A stretch of DNA of 64,000 bases from Octopus sinensis. Its lineage: Eukaryota. Positions within the stretch are counted from its first letter, which is position 1, and the number at the start of each line of letters is the position of its first letter. The stretch lies in the NCBI RefSeq assembly GCF_006345805.1, contig NC_043008.1:70618001-70682000 (forward strand), read 5' to 3'. The position numbers and the translations under genes were made by a program. A model generated the notes under the pieces. That model was not told the DNA's origin and made no database searches. It saw only the letters and a program-made list of their open reading frames with translations. Below are positions 40,238 through 53,479 of this stretch, piece by piece.

Positions 40238-40419
40238 AATTGACATTTTCGAAATTTTCGCAGTAAATATACCTTGAAGAGATTTTGCTAAGGTTTGGGG
40301 CGTAGTTTCAAAGTTAAATATATATCTGGTTCTATTGATTATTGGTGAGAAACAGAAAAATACTGCAACACTTTGATAACTGTGTAGGTTTTCTGTTAAT
40401 TTCTGTGACGGTGTAGAGA

Positions 40420-42075
40420 ATGGTTGTTAGAGGTTTGGTAGGACGGTATTATTATATGTGTTGGCTACGTGGGAGTGGTTCGGGGGTGAGGAAGTGGTTG
40501 TATTGGTAGTGGTGCTGGTTATGGGTGTTAAGGTGTTGGTAGTTGTGAGGTTTGGTAGGGTGGTAATAGATGTATCAGCTGTGGAGGTGTGGCGGTTGAT
40601 AAGCTTGTGGTGGTTGTGGTAGTAGTATTATAGTAGTATTGGAGCTAGAGATGGTGGTGATGGTTGTGGTGGTAGTTGTGAGGCTGCTTTTATAAGTATA
40701 ACACGGGTTAGGGTGGAAAAACTGGTTGTGGTGGTTGTAACAGTGGTGAGGTTAGTGGGGTACTTGCGTATCGGTGGTAGTGGTGGTAGTGGTGACGTTG
40801 GTAATGGTATGGCTAGTAGGAACTGACTAAGGGGGTGTAACTGATGGTGGTCGTGGTGATGATGGTAGTGATGTTGGTAGTGGTGGTGGTGGTGGTGGTG
40901 ATGTTGATGGTAGTGGTGTTGGTGGGAGTAGATGTAATGGCAGTGGAAGTGATAGTATAATCGTTGGTGTTGGTGGTGATGATGGTGATAGTGGTGGTGG
41001 TGGTATTACCGTTGATGGCAATGACGTTAGATGTATAAGTAGCAATGCTATTATTGGTGTACGTAGTGAAGGTGTTGTTGTTGTTATTATTGCTGGTGGT
41101 GGTGGTGGTGGTGATGGTGGTGTTGGTGGCGTTGGAAGTGTGGCCGCGTTGGTGTTGTTGATAGTGCTGTGTTGGTGGTGACAGTATTGGTAGAGCAGGG
41201 ATGGGCATTCATGGTAGCCAGAGCAACGAATGTGTTAAAGTAGTAGTAGTAGTAGTATAGTAGTAGTAGTAGTAGTAGTTGTAGTAGTAGTAGTAGTAGT
41301 AGTTGTAGTAGTAGTAGTAGTAGTAGTAGTATCAATGTTCGTAATAGTGGTTGTAGCAGTAATAATGATATTGGAGGTGGTTATAGTTGCGGTGATGGTA
41401 TTAGTGGTAGGTGATGAAAAGGGTGTTGGTGTTAGTGGTTGTGTTATCTTGATCGTTACAATGTTGGCGGGATCGGGTTTGAAATTAGCGGTGATGGGTG
41501 AGACGTAGTGGTGGTAGTGATAGTAATAGTCGTTAAAATAGTGGGGGGGTCAGGTGTTGGGGATGATAGGTGGAATGCGGTAGTGGTGGTGGTGGTGGTG
41601 GTGGTGGTGGTGGCGGCGGTGGTAGTCGTACTAGCTGTGTTACAGTAGGACTCTGGTATTGTTGGTTGTATTATCTGTGGTGTCGATGATGGTGGTAAAG
41701 GTTGCGGTGGTAGTGGGGGTGTTCAGTGTTGTAATGGTAGTGGTTGTGTTGGTGATGTTGATGGTGGTGTTGGTGGTGGTGTTGGTGGTGGTGTTAATGG
41801 TGATTGTCGCCATGGAGGCGATGCTGGTGGTTGTGCTAGTGACGGTGTTGGTGATTATGGTGGTGGTAGTGAGTGTGGTGATGGCGCGGTGACAGTGACG
41901 CGGGTGATGATGACTGTGGTGGCAGCTGTGCTGGTATTGGTGGTGATGTTGATAGTATTTGTGGTAGCGTGTGTGGTGATGTGGTTGTGGTAGTGGTAGT
42001 ACTACTGGTGGTATTGATGACAGTGTTGGTGGTTGTGGCAGTGGTGTTTGCCGGTTCTGATGGCGATGGTCGAGC
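40420..42075. repeat. Degenerate (GTG/GTA)n trinucleotide field
   Basis: Direct inspection, including a near-pure (TAG)n at 41238-41330. Confidence 0.9.
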
Positions 42076-42391
42076 GCGATAATGTTGGAATAACAATTAT
42101 AATTCACAAAAGGTTATCACTTTTTTGCTATCACGCTTTTACTTTAAATATGTTCGGGTTCCTTAGAAAATATAAAAGCAACCATAAACTGTGACGTCAT
42201 CATGTGACGTCATCATGTGACGTCATCAACATCATTTAAAAAGCCAAATTACTTTAAACGCAACATACACAAAGACACAGATGTATAGCACACATGTATT
42301 AATACATACGTACACACACACACACACCCACACACCCACACGCTTATACATATATACATAGATACATACATATATCTTTTATCTTTCATAA

Positions 42392-42608
42392 TTGACTTGT
42401 TTCAGTTATTAGACTGCTGCCATGCTGAGGCTTCAGTCGAATAAATTGACCCTATCACTTATTTTTAAAGCCTAATACTTATTCCTTTCTGCCTCTTTTG
42501 CTGAACCGCTATGTTACTTGGACATAAACGTACCAACACCGGTTGTCAAGCAGCGGCGGAGGACAAACAGACATAAACACAAACACACCACACACCACAT
42601 ACCACACA

Positions 42609-42647
<39 letters not shown>

Positions 42648-42825
42648 ATATATATATATATAAACATGACGGGTTTCTTCCAGTTTCCGCTTGCCAAATC
42701 CTCTTACAAGGTTTTAGTCGACTCGAGGCTAAAGTAGAAGATACTTGCTCAAGATGCTACGCAGTGGAACTGAACACCGGATCATGTGGCTGGGAAACTA
42801 GCTTCTTAGTACACAACCATGCCTA
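42392..42825 (-). mobile_element. SINE family A, full length
   Basis: Reverse complement of the reference copy. Confidence 0.8.
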
Positions 42826-42831
42826 TGTATA

Positions 42832-43053
42832 TACGAGGGGTGCTGAAAGTTCCTACCTTCGGGTAAAAGACAACATAGGAGGATCTGTTTATTATGATTT
42901 CATTCAACATATTCGGCTCTGAGATTCACACACTTATTACAGCGGTCCTTCAGTTTTTCAAAACCCTGAACAAAAAAAAAATCGGAAGGTTGGGCCTCTA
43001 GTCAGGCCTTTCGCAATATCCTTAAGGCCACATACATTTCAGCACCCCTCGTA
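42832..43053. mobile_element. Mariner-type MITE
   Basis: TIRs TAcgaggggtgctgaaa / tttcagcacccctcgTA. Confidence 0.8.
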
Positions 43054-43099
43054 TATATATTATTATATATGCGCACGCGTGCGTATGTATGTATATATA

Positions 43100-43149
<50 letters not shown>

Positions 43150-43759
43150 TTGTGTGTTTGTGTGTGTGTGTGTTTGCAAGTATCTGTACGTATCTCAAAT
43201 CTCGTAATTCATGCAAAATTCAGCTGTCGATAACCATTCATCTCTACCTTAACTCTAACACAGCCGTCACCTCCACCACCATTACTATCACTTCTATAAC
43301 TTCTTTCGATACCGTTTACTCTCATTAAACACCACCTCCACCGCAACCATTATCTACACCACCACCAACGCCACAAACACCACAATCACAGAGAGCAACG
43401 GCAGCAAAGCTGCAGCAGCAATAGTTGCAATAACATCTGCATTCACCTACCACCATGCTCCCCCACTTTCCCCCAAATAGATGATCATTGCTGTGCCAAT
43501 ACCACAAGTAGACAGCAGCAGCAATCATCACCACCACCAATACTACTACTACTACAACTACTAGTACCACTCACCCCGGTGCCAACTCTTTCACCAGCTC
43601 CACGATTTTTGAGAAGCAACACCACATACCCTCACCATTCCTATTTTCACTGACATCCATGCTTGACCATCTCCCTTATTTGTGATAAACTTTGAAAATA
43701 TAGTTTAACTGAAAATTCTTTACAAAAAATATGAATAACAAATAAAGTTGAAATAAAAC

Positions 43760-43924
43760 TTTTGTGTCCTTTGTCTTAAATCTTTCGTCACACAACCTGT
43801 GACCTCTTCAGCGACTCTCTCGAATGGACTAAAGAGAAGAGAAGAGAAGGAGACATGTAAAATGGAGATTCACTGAAGAGGTCACACGAAGTGGGACGAA
43901 AGATTTAAGACAAAAGACACAAAA
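43760..43924. mobile_element. Short fold-back with HHR-like cores in both arms
   Basis: + strand CTGAAGA-g-gtcacac-gaa-gtgggac-GAAA (43873-43901); - strand CTGAAGA-g-gtcaca-ggttg-tgtgac-GAAA (43783-43811). Confidence 0.65.
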
Positions 43925-44456
43925 ATACAAACAGTAATAAAGCTGAAGTAAAAAAAAAAAAAAAATAAAAGGTTCGATCTTTACGATCTTTACGATCAAA
44001 CTGTTTTACATCTACACACTAACTACCTGAAGGATTGAAACTATGGATCTAAGCTCAGGTAACTCTTAAGTGTGGTTATGTTCTCGTATGTTGAAAGCAA
44101 ATTGATTCTTTTAAATCCCACGCACGAGTGGGTGGTATGTGTGTGTGTATCTTTGTATAAATGTATATAATGGCATGTAGAAAAACATGAATTTCACAGA
44201 CAGTTCATAATTTAGTCATTTTCAATTGCTGTTTCTTTGGGAATAAACAACCTCAATTTTATAATTACATAATTAAGATACATAATTAATATAAATTAAG
44301 TTAATCTAAATGCATTTAAAGTAACGTTTATCCCAAATCATCATGAATATTATCAGCTATTCTAATCGTAGACCATATATTTATACATGCATCATTCATA
44401 CATACATATATGTGTGTAAGTATGTGTGTGTGTGTGAGTGTGTGTATATATCATAT

Positions 44457-44509
<53 letters not shown>

Positions 44510-44901
44510 TATATACATACGTATATGCACATAAATTTATACGTATAAATATATATGCATAGTTGGTTACAGGACGTCATGAAACGTGTACAACAAAAAA
44601 TACGAAGTACGAGTACATGGAATATGAACAATTTTTTCGAACAACGAAAGACACAAATGGAAAACAAGACTAACAACATAAAGAACGACCCTTCATCAGT
44701 TGTTGGCTGCTATTCTACTCTCACTTTCGAGCATTTAACAACAAATATATATTATTCATATTATTATATGATTGAACGCTGCGCATCCTCTTCCAAGTAA
44801 GTTTTATCTCTCTCTCTCTTTCTCTCTCTGTACATATATATATATACATATATACATATATACATATATATATATACATATATACATATACATATACATA
44901 C

Positions 44902-44946
<45 letters not shown>

Positions 44947-44964
44947 ATATATATAATATATATA

Positions 44965-45013
<49 letters not shown>

Positions 45014-45697
45014 ATATACAATATGTAAAGGCATTTGATTAAAATAAGCATGTGTGTATCATACTTGATATAGATACATTGCAAAAAAAAAAAATTGAGA
45101 TATACATTCGAAGGTCTTTTATGGACAAACTGTGTTTAAGAACAGAAATTATATTGGTAGCAGATAAAAACCGTGCAGCGACAGACGGGAAGGATGCTGC
45201 AGGCGCATTTCTGCTTCGTTGCGCTTTTAAAAATAATTTTTAATACCAGGTACTCACTATCGACCGACACTGGAAAGCACTGCTTGAAAAATTCACTGGT
45301 GATGCAAAAAGTCACCCAACTGAATAAAAATCAATTAAATCTAACAAACATTACTAGATTAAAATAGTTATTTGTGCATCATACCTAATGTAAGTACGTC
45401 GCGAAAAAGCAATAAAGCAATTCTATTGCGATACTCTTCCGGAAGTAATACCTCTTGTGGTTGTGTTGTGCCTAAAAACACTATGAGTACATGTTACTGA
45501 AAAAACCCAGCGAGGCAGATGTGTGTGTCTAGCAATCTCACCGGTAGTTGTAGAACGAAAATAGCTTGAAACCGATATAATTTCTGTTCTTAAAAACAGC
45601 ACATACATTTGACATATTTGATATATCTTCTCCGGAGGAACGCCGCAGTAAATTTGTCTTCCACGGTGTATTTGTGTTTTGGAAACACACACACACG

Positions 45698-45776
<79 letters not shown>

Positions 45777-45794
45777 ACACACACGCATATATAT

Positions 45795-48700
45795 AGTTGA
45801 AATTTATAGAAAAATAAAAGACGAAGACAGGCGTATAAACAACAAGCAGGTGTAATAGTTTGACGCTGGGGAAGGTGAGAAAGTCTTTTACGTTTCGAGC
45901 CTACGCTCTTCAACAGAAAGGAACAGGAAATAAACAGAGAGAGAAAAAATCTTTTGGAGCTAGCGGTAAATCATGGCGACTGGCTGGACAAAGGTAGTTA
46001 GACAGGAGAGCTAGGAAGAAGGGTAGATAATAAAGTATTGGTAATCCCAAAATGGAGGTTCGCGTGTGTGTATGTTAGAGTTTCTAAGTGTGTGCGTGTG
46101 GATAGGGGCTGGTGACTTTCACGTGTGGATGTGTGCGTGTGTGTGTGTGCGTGGGTCTGTAATGTGTGGGTGTATGGATGATGGTGTGGGTGCTGTGAAG
46201 TTGTCAGTGCTAGTGTGTGCGGGTGTTGTGATGTGAAGTGCTGGTGTGTGGTGTGGTGTGGTGGTGTTGTCATGTGGGAAGTGTGGGTGGAATGTGGGTT
46301 TGGAGTGAGGATATGGGGTAGGTAAGGTATGGATGTGAGGGTAGGATTGAGTATGTGGGAGTGGGATGTGTGGGTGTGGGGTGTGGAGGGAGTGAGTATC
46401 AATGAAGGGAGAAGGTGAGTAGGATTGAAGCGATGAAGTAGGTGCCAGGGCAAAAGAGGAGAGGAGAGGTGGGTAGGAGTGAAGAGAGGAGGTAGGTGTC
46501 CAGGTAAGAGAGGGGAGGGGGAAGTCAAATGAATACGGGAGGTGTGTTGAGCCCATGTGGGAAAATAAATTGCGAAGAGGGAAAATAAATTGCTCACGTG
46601 GGAGTCCGGATGACCTCTGTGCAAAGACAGTCTGAACACAGACAGCTGTTGTAATGAATGACTGGTAGAGCGCAAATGGCGCGAGACCAGGGTGTCATTA
46701 CCGAGTCTAATGTCTTGGAGGTGCTTCGAGAACCGGCCGATGTACAGAGAAGGACAAAAAGAGCTGGAGATGCAGTAAATGATGTTGGTAGAAATGTAGG
46801 CAAAGGAGTCAGTGATATAACAGGGATGATGCTGGTGCCTGAGAGGATGGTAGTGTTGAAGAGTTAGGAGCAGGCGCACAGCGGGGCGAGAGCAGGGAAA
46901 CAAGCCAGGTTGGGTGATAGGGTTAGGGAAGAAACTGTGGACCAGTAGGTCACGTAGGTTGTAGGCTCGTTTGAAGGAGAGTAGAGGTAGGTTGGGAAAG
47001 ATGTGCGAAATGAAGGGGTGAGACTGGAGTCACCGGAATGCTCGGAGAATGGTGCGTTGGAGGGGCAGAGTGGAGGGGTGGTATGTGAGAGGAAACGGGA
47101 TGCGGGTAACAGCGAGGCGGGTGCAGGGAGAAAGAGAGCAGAGGCACAGTCCACAGAACGTGCTCTGGCAAGGGCGGTGTGGATAGTGGTGAGGGGATAT
47201 CCACCAAGGATGAGGAGGCGAGCCATGAGTTGAGACTGAGTCTCAAAATCACGGTTGTCACTGCAGATACTGCGCAGAGGGAGGAATTGGGAGTAGGGGA
47301 TGGAGACCATGGTGTGGGTAGGGTGGGAGGAGGGGAATTTGAGGTATGAGTGTGAGTCAGTGTGTTTGTAGTGGTTGGAGGTAGTGAGAGCAGAGTTGTG
47401 TATGTTGACCGAAATGTCGAAGAAGCGACGGAAGTGTTGGAAATGGTGCAGAATTCGAGGGCAGGATGGAAAGATTGGAAATAGATAGGAAGGAGTCTAG
47501 TTGTTCGCAGGAGAGCGAGGTCGCACCAATACAGTCATCAATGTATGGTTTGGGAGTGGACCAGTGAGCCTTGAAAATATTTGGGCTCCAACGTAACCAA
47601 CGAAGAGTTTCGCATAGATGGGACCCATTCTCGTTCCCATGGCCACCCCCGAAACCTGGTAAAATTCACCCGCGAACGAGAAGCAGTTGAGGGAGAGAAC
47701 AAGTTCGGCCAGACGAAGATGTGTGGACGTATCAGGTTGGGGGTTGGGTCGAAGGACTAGGAAGAGTTTGAAGGCAAGACGTCCTTCGTGGTGTGGGATC
47801 ACCGCATATAGGCCATTGATATCAAGAGTGAAGAGAAGTTTAGAGGGGCCAGGAGGGAAGTAGAAAGAGCTGAAACAACGAAGATCATAGTTAGTGTCGT
47901 GGATGTGTGAGGGGAAGGAAGCCACTCGGGGGGCACGGACTCGGTCGAGGTATTTAGAGATCAATTCCATACGGTAGTTACAGACTGAGACGATGAGGTG
48001 GCCAGGGTTGTTGGGTTTGTAGATTTTGGAAAAAGAAATAAATGGTGGGGTGCGACGAGAGCAGACAATGAGGTTGGAGGTGGTGGGAGGGAGACGGCAG
48101 GAAGAGAAGAGGTTACGAACAGTGTGGAGGACAGAGTCTGGGGCTAGAGTGCAGACGGCAATAGAAGGAGGTGAGTTGAAGTTGGCGGAGAGCTTCAGCC
48201 TTGTAGAGATCTGCGCTCCATACCACCACGGCTCCACTCTTGCCGGCCGGTTTTATGATAATGTCTTTGCGGCGTTGGAGACATCGAAAGGCCGAGAGTT
48301 TGGCTGGAGAGATGTTCAGATATTGGTTACGCCTGCGAAAGTTAAACCGGTCCACAACATGTTGACAAATGCCCGCAAAATGATCGACTGCTTGGAACTG
48401 GTCAAGAGCTGCCGTCCAGTGGGGTGATCGACGATCCAGGTCAGTGAAGCAGTCCTTTTCGTTAGATGCTGGTGGAGTGTTGTGGAATAGTGCATATAGC
48501 CTGACACAGAGCACAAAGCTATGAATATCAGCACGGGCCTGAAATTTGTTATTCGATGGAGTGTGAGGGATGAAGCGCAGACCCTTACTGAGAAGAGAGA
48601 TCTCCGCCTCAGAGAAGAGATCAGAAGGAATGGTAACAACAGACTGAAGTGGGGTAGTGGAAGGCTGGGAGGAGTAAGGGGTTCTGGTTTGAGTGACAGG

Positions 48701-49742
48701 GGTTGGGGTGAGGATGAGGGAGAAGCGTATCGGAGGGGGAGGAGGTGGGGGATGGATGGAGTAGTGGAATCGGGTGTGACAGAATGGAGGAGTGAGTGGA
48801 TTTCCCGTTGTTTAGTGCGAGCGAGAAATTCCTGGAAGAGATGATTTAAATGGATTATGCGGCGTAAAGTAGAGTGTTCATAGGAAGGTGAAAGTGAAAA
48901 AGATGGAATAAGCGAGAGAGAGAAGGCGGTCGATGGTGTGTATTTTGGAGAAGATTGAAACGAATAGTGACTCAGATAAGGCGGTAGGAGGTAGTATGGA
49001 GTATGGAAAGGATGGTTGAAGCAGAATGAAAAGTTGAGGATCAGGCGGTGGTGAAGACAGTGACTAAGAAAATGAAATGTGGCTAGAGAACTGTTTTTTT
49101 TTTAAAAATTAGTAGGGAAAGATTAATAGAAGGTTGAAAGTAGTGGAAGAGAAATGTAGAAAGGTGTTTGTTTAGGCGGTGGTGAAGGTGGAGGAGGAAT
49201 GATTTGTAATCGGGCATGATTGAAAAGGGAGAAAAAAAGAGAAAGGCAAAGAAATGATGTACGGGGTATAAAAGTTCAAAAAATTCAAAAGGCGTGAGGA
49301 GAAAAAGTTCAAAGGGAGGAGAAAGAAGAAAAATGAAGAATCGGAGAGAAAAGGAGAAAAGAAGAGAAGATGAAAAGGAAAAACAAAGGGAGGGAGAGAG
49401 AGAGGTAGAGGCAAAATAATAACGTACGGATTAAGAAAAAAACAGTAAAAAATAGAAAGTTCAGAAAAGTTCAAAAAGGTTCAAACTTCGTGGCGTATTG
49501 GAACGACTTTTCCTCAACGGAAGAATCCAGTGAATTCTATTTGCATATCCAGTAGAAATCCGGGTGGAATGCTGGTGTGTAGTTGAGGAGAGGTGCAGAA
49601 ATTTCTGGTAGAAGTAAGTTCGAAGTGTAGGAGGTTAGAGTAGGATAAAATTAGTGCGACCACGTGAGCGTACAATATATCGTTGAAATTTACAGATAAA
49701 ACAAAAGACAAAGACAGTATATAAAGAACAAGTAGGTGTATT
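45795..49742 (-). mobile_element. Penelope-like element (Neptune-like RT + GIY-YIG), near full length, frameshifted
   Basis: IIIKPAGKSGAVVV (DKG-like), TLDINGLY..IPH, GVAMGTRMGP.YA.LFVG, SIPYSQFL, NIIYCIS..C..LYIG; terminal repeat at 45795-45856 recurs at ~49680-49742 and ~49835-49893. Confidence 0.88.
45884..45921 (-). ncRNA. pLTR hammerhead-like motif (core variant CTGTTGA)
   Basis: Reverse complement ccttt-CTGTTGA-a-gagc-gtag-gctc-GAAAC-GTA-aaaga. Confidence 0.5.
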
Positions 49743-49757
49743 ATATGTGTGCGTGTG

Positions 49758-49799
<42 letters not shown>

Positions 49800-49945
49800 C
49801 ACACACATATATATATATATAGCGTACAACATATGGTTGAAATTTGCAGGAAAACAAAAAGCGAAGACAAGTGTATAAAGAAGTAGGTGTATTACATGTG
49901 TGTGTGTGTATATATATATATATGTATAAATATGTATATATATAT

Positions 49946-50076
<131 letters not shown>

Positions 50077-50080
50077 TATA

Positions 50081-53000
50081 CTCAGCTGCTGAGCAACAAT
50101 CTTTTTTGTGCATGGCACAAAAGATTGTACAGCAGCTGACCTGGATTCATCAAACCCAAGCCCGCAGGTGGGACTACCCACTATATACCAGACCACCACA
50201 GCAAACAGACCCAGGATGGACACCACCGGTAACAATGTACACCTCACCTCGATGCTCCTACTGAACATCAGAGGACTGCAAACACTCAGTAACAGGACAA
50301 AAATCCCGTTCCTGAGAGATTTTGTTGCATGCAATCAAGCCTTATGCATAGCACTAACGGAAACGCACATGAAACCGGATATAGCAGATGCGGAGTTACA
50401 CATACCACAGTATGCTGTACTACGGACCGACAGGAAAGAAAGGAGTCATGGAGGTGTTGCTATGTACATCCGTGAGGACCTCACACCCCAGGTCCTCTTG
50501 TCATACTCAAACTCGGTGTGTGACACACTAATTGTACATATTAGGCAACTTGATGTAGTTGTGTGTGCTACATATCGCCCTCCAGATGCCCCAAGCCATG
50601 TGGGCAAGTTTGAAGACTGCCTTATAAAAATAGAAGTTCTAACCACATTAGAACAACACATAAGTGTACTTCTTATGGGAGACTTCAATCTGCCCAATGT
50701 CAGATGGCCCGAGAGCCTTTCTCTCCCAGGAATGACAAGATGTGAACGAGGACAGGCGAGGTCCCTCCTGAACCTCATCAACACCCTGTACATGGAGCAG
50801 GTAATACTCCAACCAACCAGGGCAGGTAACACACTGGATCTCTGCTTCACAAATGACATGGATCTCATCCATAATGTGAAAGTGACACCGACACTACTCT
50901 CGGATCACAACATGATAGAGCTGACCATGTACGGGCCAAAAGAGAGCACGGACATGCAGCCTACAAGAAACCCTCAGAATCTTTCCAGCTTGAACTACCA
51001 TAAGGCAAACTGGAAACAAATTGAGAAAGAGATCCTCAAACAAAACTGGCCTAAATGTCTCTCCTCGCCAGACATCGACGTGAAACTTCAACAATTCATG
51101 TCTGTAATGCAAGCCATATGCTACAAATGTGTCCCAGAGAGAAAGGCCACTGTACACAAGAACAAAATCCCCAGAGAGAGGAAAATTTTAATGAGACGGC
51201 GTACAAAATTTTCAAATCGCCTAAACAAACAAATTGAAAGCAGTGAAAAGTCCCGCCTAAAAATAAAACTGTTGGAAATCGAAAAATGTCTGCAACTCTC
51301 CCATGAAAAGGAAAGAGCAGACAAAGAAGCCTGGGCTATAGACAACATAAAATCTAACCCCAGAGCTTTCTACAGGTATGCCAAAGAAACAGCTACGGTG
51401 CACTGTAGAATAGGGCCACTCCTCGAAAAGGATGGCACACTTACAGGAAAACCAATGAGGGTAAGTGAAATACTGAATGAGCAATTCAAGAGTGTTTTCA
51501 CTCCACCCCTTGGGCATCTCCAAATCACCAATCCAACTGACTTTTTTACCACTGCAGATATAAAATCAGAGGCGGCGACGATAGATTACATCGATATAAA
51601 GGAAGACGATGTAAAGGCGATAGATGAAATGAAAACAGACTCAGCTACTGGCCCCGATGGATTCCCGGCAATCCTCCTAAAAGCATGTAAGAGAGTCCTA
51701 GCAAGACCACTGCAGTTCCTCTTTCAGAGCTTCCTTGCAGCTGGCAAACTCCCAAGAAAACTGAAGGAAGGTAAAATATGCCCCATTCATAAAGGAGGTA
51801 GCAGAGCGGAAGCCAAGAACTATAGACCTATCTCTCTGACCTCACACATCAGCAAGGTCATGGAACGAATAGTCAGAAGGAAGCTGATCACCTTCCTTGA
51901 AGAGAATGACTTGCTGCCCGACACCCAACATGGTTTCCGACCAGGGAGAAGCTGTTTAACTCAGCTCCTACAACACTATGACTGGGTGCTGAAACGGCTG
52001 CTCAACCACTCAATTGTGGAAGTGATATATCTCGACTTTGCAAAGGCCTTTGATAAAGTCGATCATGGAATGATATGTCACAAACTGCGTGATCTCAACA
52101 TAGTTGGAAAACTGGGAGAATGGCTTCATGACTTTCTGAAAGATAGAAGTCAGGTGGTAGTGGCCAATGGGGCCACTTCCATTAACACGCAAATAGTGAG
52201 CGGTGTTCCGCAGGGCACTGTTCTGGGACCACTACTGTTCATAATGGCCCTCTCAGACATGCCCTCAGCCACGCAGAGAGCCACGATCACAAGTTATGCA
52301 GATGATACAAAAGTTTCACAGGCAATACAGAACCCTGAGGACACTAAACACCTGCAATGTGAGCTAGACAAAATATACAAGTGGGCCGAAAAGAATAGCA
52401 TACAGTTCAATGCTGAAAAGTTTCAAGCTCTATACTATCAGCAAGCAAAACTAAATGCAATACCCAATGGGTACACTGGACCCGGAGGAATAGCAATCCC
52501 AGAGGCACAATCAGTGCGTGACCTAGGTATTTACATGAGTGATGACGCTACCTTTCGTGTACATGTTGCTAAATTGGCAATGAAATGTAGACGACTGGCC
52601 GGATGGATCCTCAGAACCTTTAGAACAAGAGAACAAGAAACCATGATGGTCCTCTGGAGGACACTTGTCCTAAGCCACTTTGACTACTGCTCTCAGTTAT
52701 GGTCACCATCCAGTGTCAAGTTGATCACAGAGCTCGAGGCGATCCAACGTAGCTACACGAAGAAGATAGCCTCTATGCAGAATGTAAGCTACTGGGAAAG
52801 ACTCAAGAGATTAAAACTATATTCCCTGGAGCGTAGGCCGGAAAGATATGCCATAATATACATCTGGAAGATCCTGGAGGGACGTGTCCTGAACTTTGGC
52901 ATCGAGAGTTACGCAAATGCCAGAACTGGGCGCCACTGCGTGGTGCCTAGGACTCCAAACTTGCCATCAAGATGTAGGACAAGATTCTGTGATAGCCTGG

Positions 53001-53300
53001 GCTTCCGAGGCCCACAGCTCTTCAATATCCTCCCGAAGAACCTGAGAGACCTGCATGGGGTGGATGCAGATGTCTTTAAAATGAAGCTGGATCTCTTCCT
53101 GTCAGGTGTCCCAGATGAACCAACTTTACGGCAGGAGGGGCAGATGAGGGCAGCTGCATCGAACTCTCTCATGCACCAAATGGCAGTTGCTAGAAAGGTT
53201 TCGTGAAGTGAAACCAAGTAGCAACACCAAATGGCGGTGCCCCAACATGGCCACAGCTCATAAGCTGAAACTAGAATCAATCAATCAATCAATCAATCAA
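50081..53300 (+). mobile_element. CR1-group LINE, 5'-truncated, (ATCA)n tail
   Basis: Begins right after (TA)n, carries the EN-RT ORF, a short 3' UTR with a stem-loop and an (ATCA)n tail. Confidence 0.92.
50108..53206 (+). CDS. LINE ORF2: APE endonuclease + reverse transcriptase (1032 aa open frame)
   Basis: EN motifs NIRGL, LTET, YRPP, GDFN, LDL, SDH; RT motifs [43 protein letters not shown]; CR1-like C-terminus ([19 protein letters not shown]). The true start codon is uncertain. Confidence 0.95.
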   Translation: MHGTKDCTAADLDSSNPSPQVGLPTIYQTTTANRPRMDTTGNNVHLTSMLLLNIRGLQTLSNRTKIPFLRDFVACNQALCIALTETHMKPDIADAELHIPQYAVLRTDRKERSHGGVAMYIREDLTPQVLLSYSNSVCDTLIVHIRQLDVVVCATYRPPDAPSHVGKFEDCLIKIEVLTTLEQHISVLLMGDFNLPNVRWPESLSLPGMTRCERGQARSLLNLINTLYMEQVILQPTRAGNTLDLCFTNDMDLIHNVKVTPTLLSDHNMIELTMYGPKESTDMQPTRNPQNLSSLNYHKANWKQIEKEILKQNWPKCLSSPDIDVKLQQFMSVMQAICYKCVPERKATVHKNKIPRERKILMRRRTKFSNRLNKQIESSEKSRLKIKLLEIEKCLQLSHEKERADKEAWAIDNIKSNPRAFYRYAKETATVHCRIGPLLEKDGTLTGKPMRVSEILNEQFKSVFTPPLGHLQITNPTDFFTTADIKSEAATIDYIDIKEDDVKAIDEMKTDSATGPDGFPAILLKACKRVLARPLQFLFQSFLAAGKLPRKLKEGKICPIHKGGSRAEAKNYRPISLTSHISKVMERIVRRKLITFLEENDLLPDTQHGFRPGRSCLTQLLQHYDWVLKRLLNHSIVEVIYLDFAKAFDKVDHGMICHKLRDLNIVGKLGEWLHDFLKDRSQVVVANGATSINTQIVSGVPQGTVLGPLLFIMALSDMPSATQRATITSYADDTKVSQAIQNPEDTKHLQCELDKIYKWAEKNSIQFNAEKFQALYYQQAKLNAIPNGYTGPGGIAIPEAQSVRDLGIYMSDDATFRVHVAKLAMKCRRLAGWILRTFRTREQETMMVLWRTLVLSHFDYCSQLWSPSSVKLITELEAIQRSYTKKIASMQNVSYWERLKRLKLYSLERRPERYAIIYIWKILEGRVLNFGIESYANARTGRHCVVPRTPNLPSRCRTRFCDSLGFRGPQLFNILPKNLRDLHGVDADVFKMKLDLFLSGVPDEPTLRQEGQMRAAASNSLMHQMAVARKVS

Positions 53301-53479
53301 TACGCATGTCCGGAAGTATGTATACATGTGTATATATAATATCGCATGAAGCAACGTTGAATAATCTATAGTCACTTACACTCATATTTAACACGTTCGA
53401 ATGTAATCAGACCTGATAAGGTCTTTCGCAGCAAGAAGAGTCCTGGGAGAAAATGTCGCACCCAGACTTGTGTAAACAC

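Noticed and set aside
39392-40246. 284-aa His/Tyr/Ile/Thr ORF and the many similar YI/CV ORFs
   Set aside because: Microsatellite translations.
45998-46556. His/Pro/Thr-rich C-terminal extension of the PLE protein
   Set aside because: Low-complexity GT-rich 3' region read through in a frameshifted copy.
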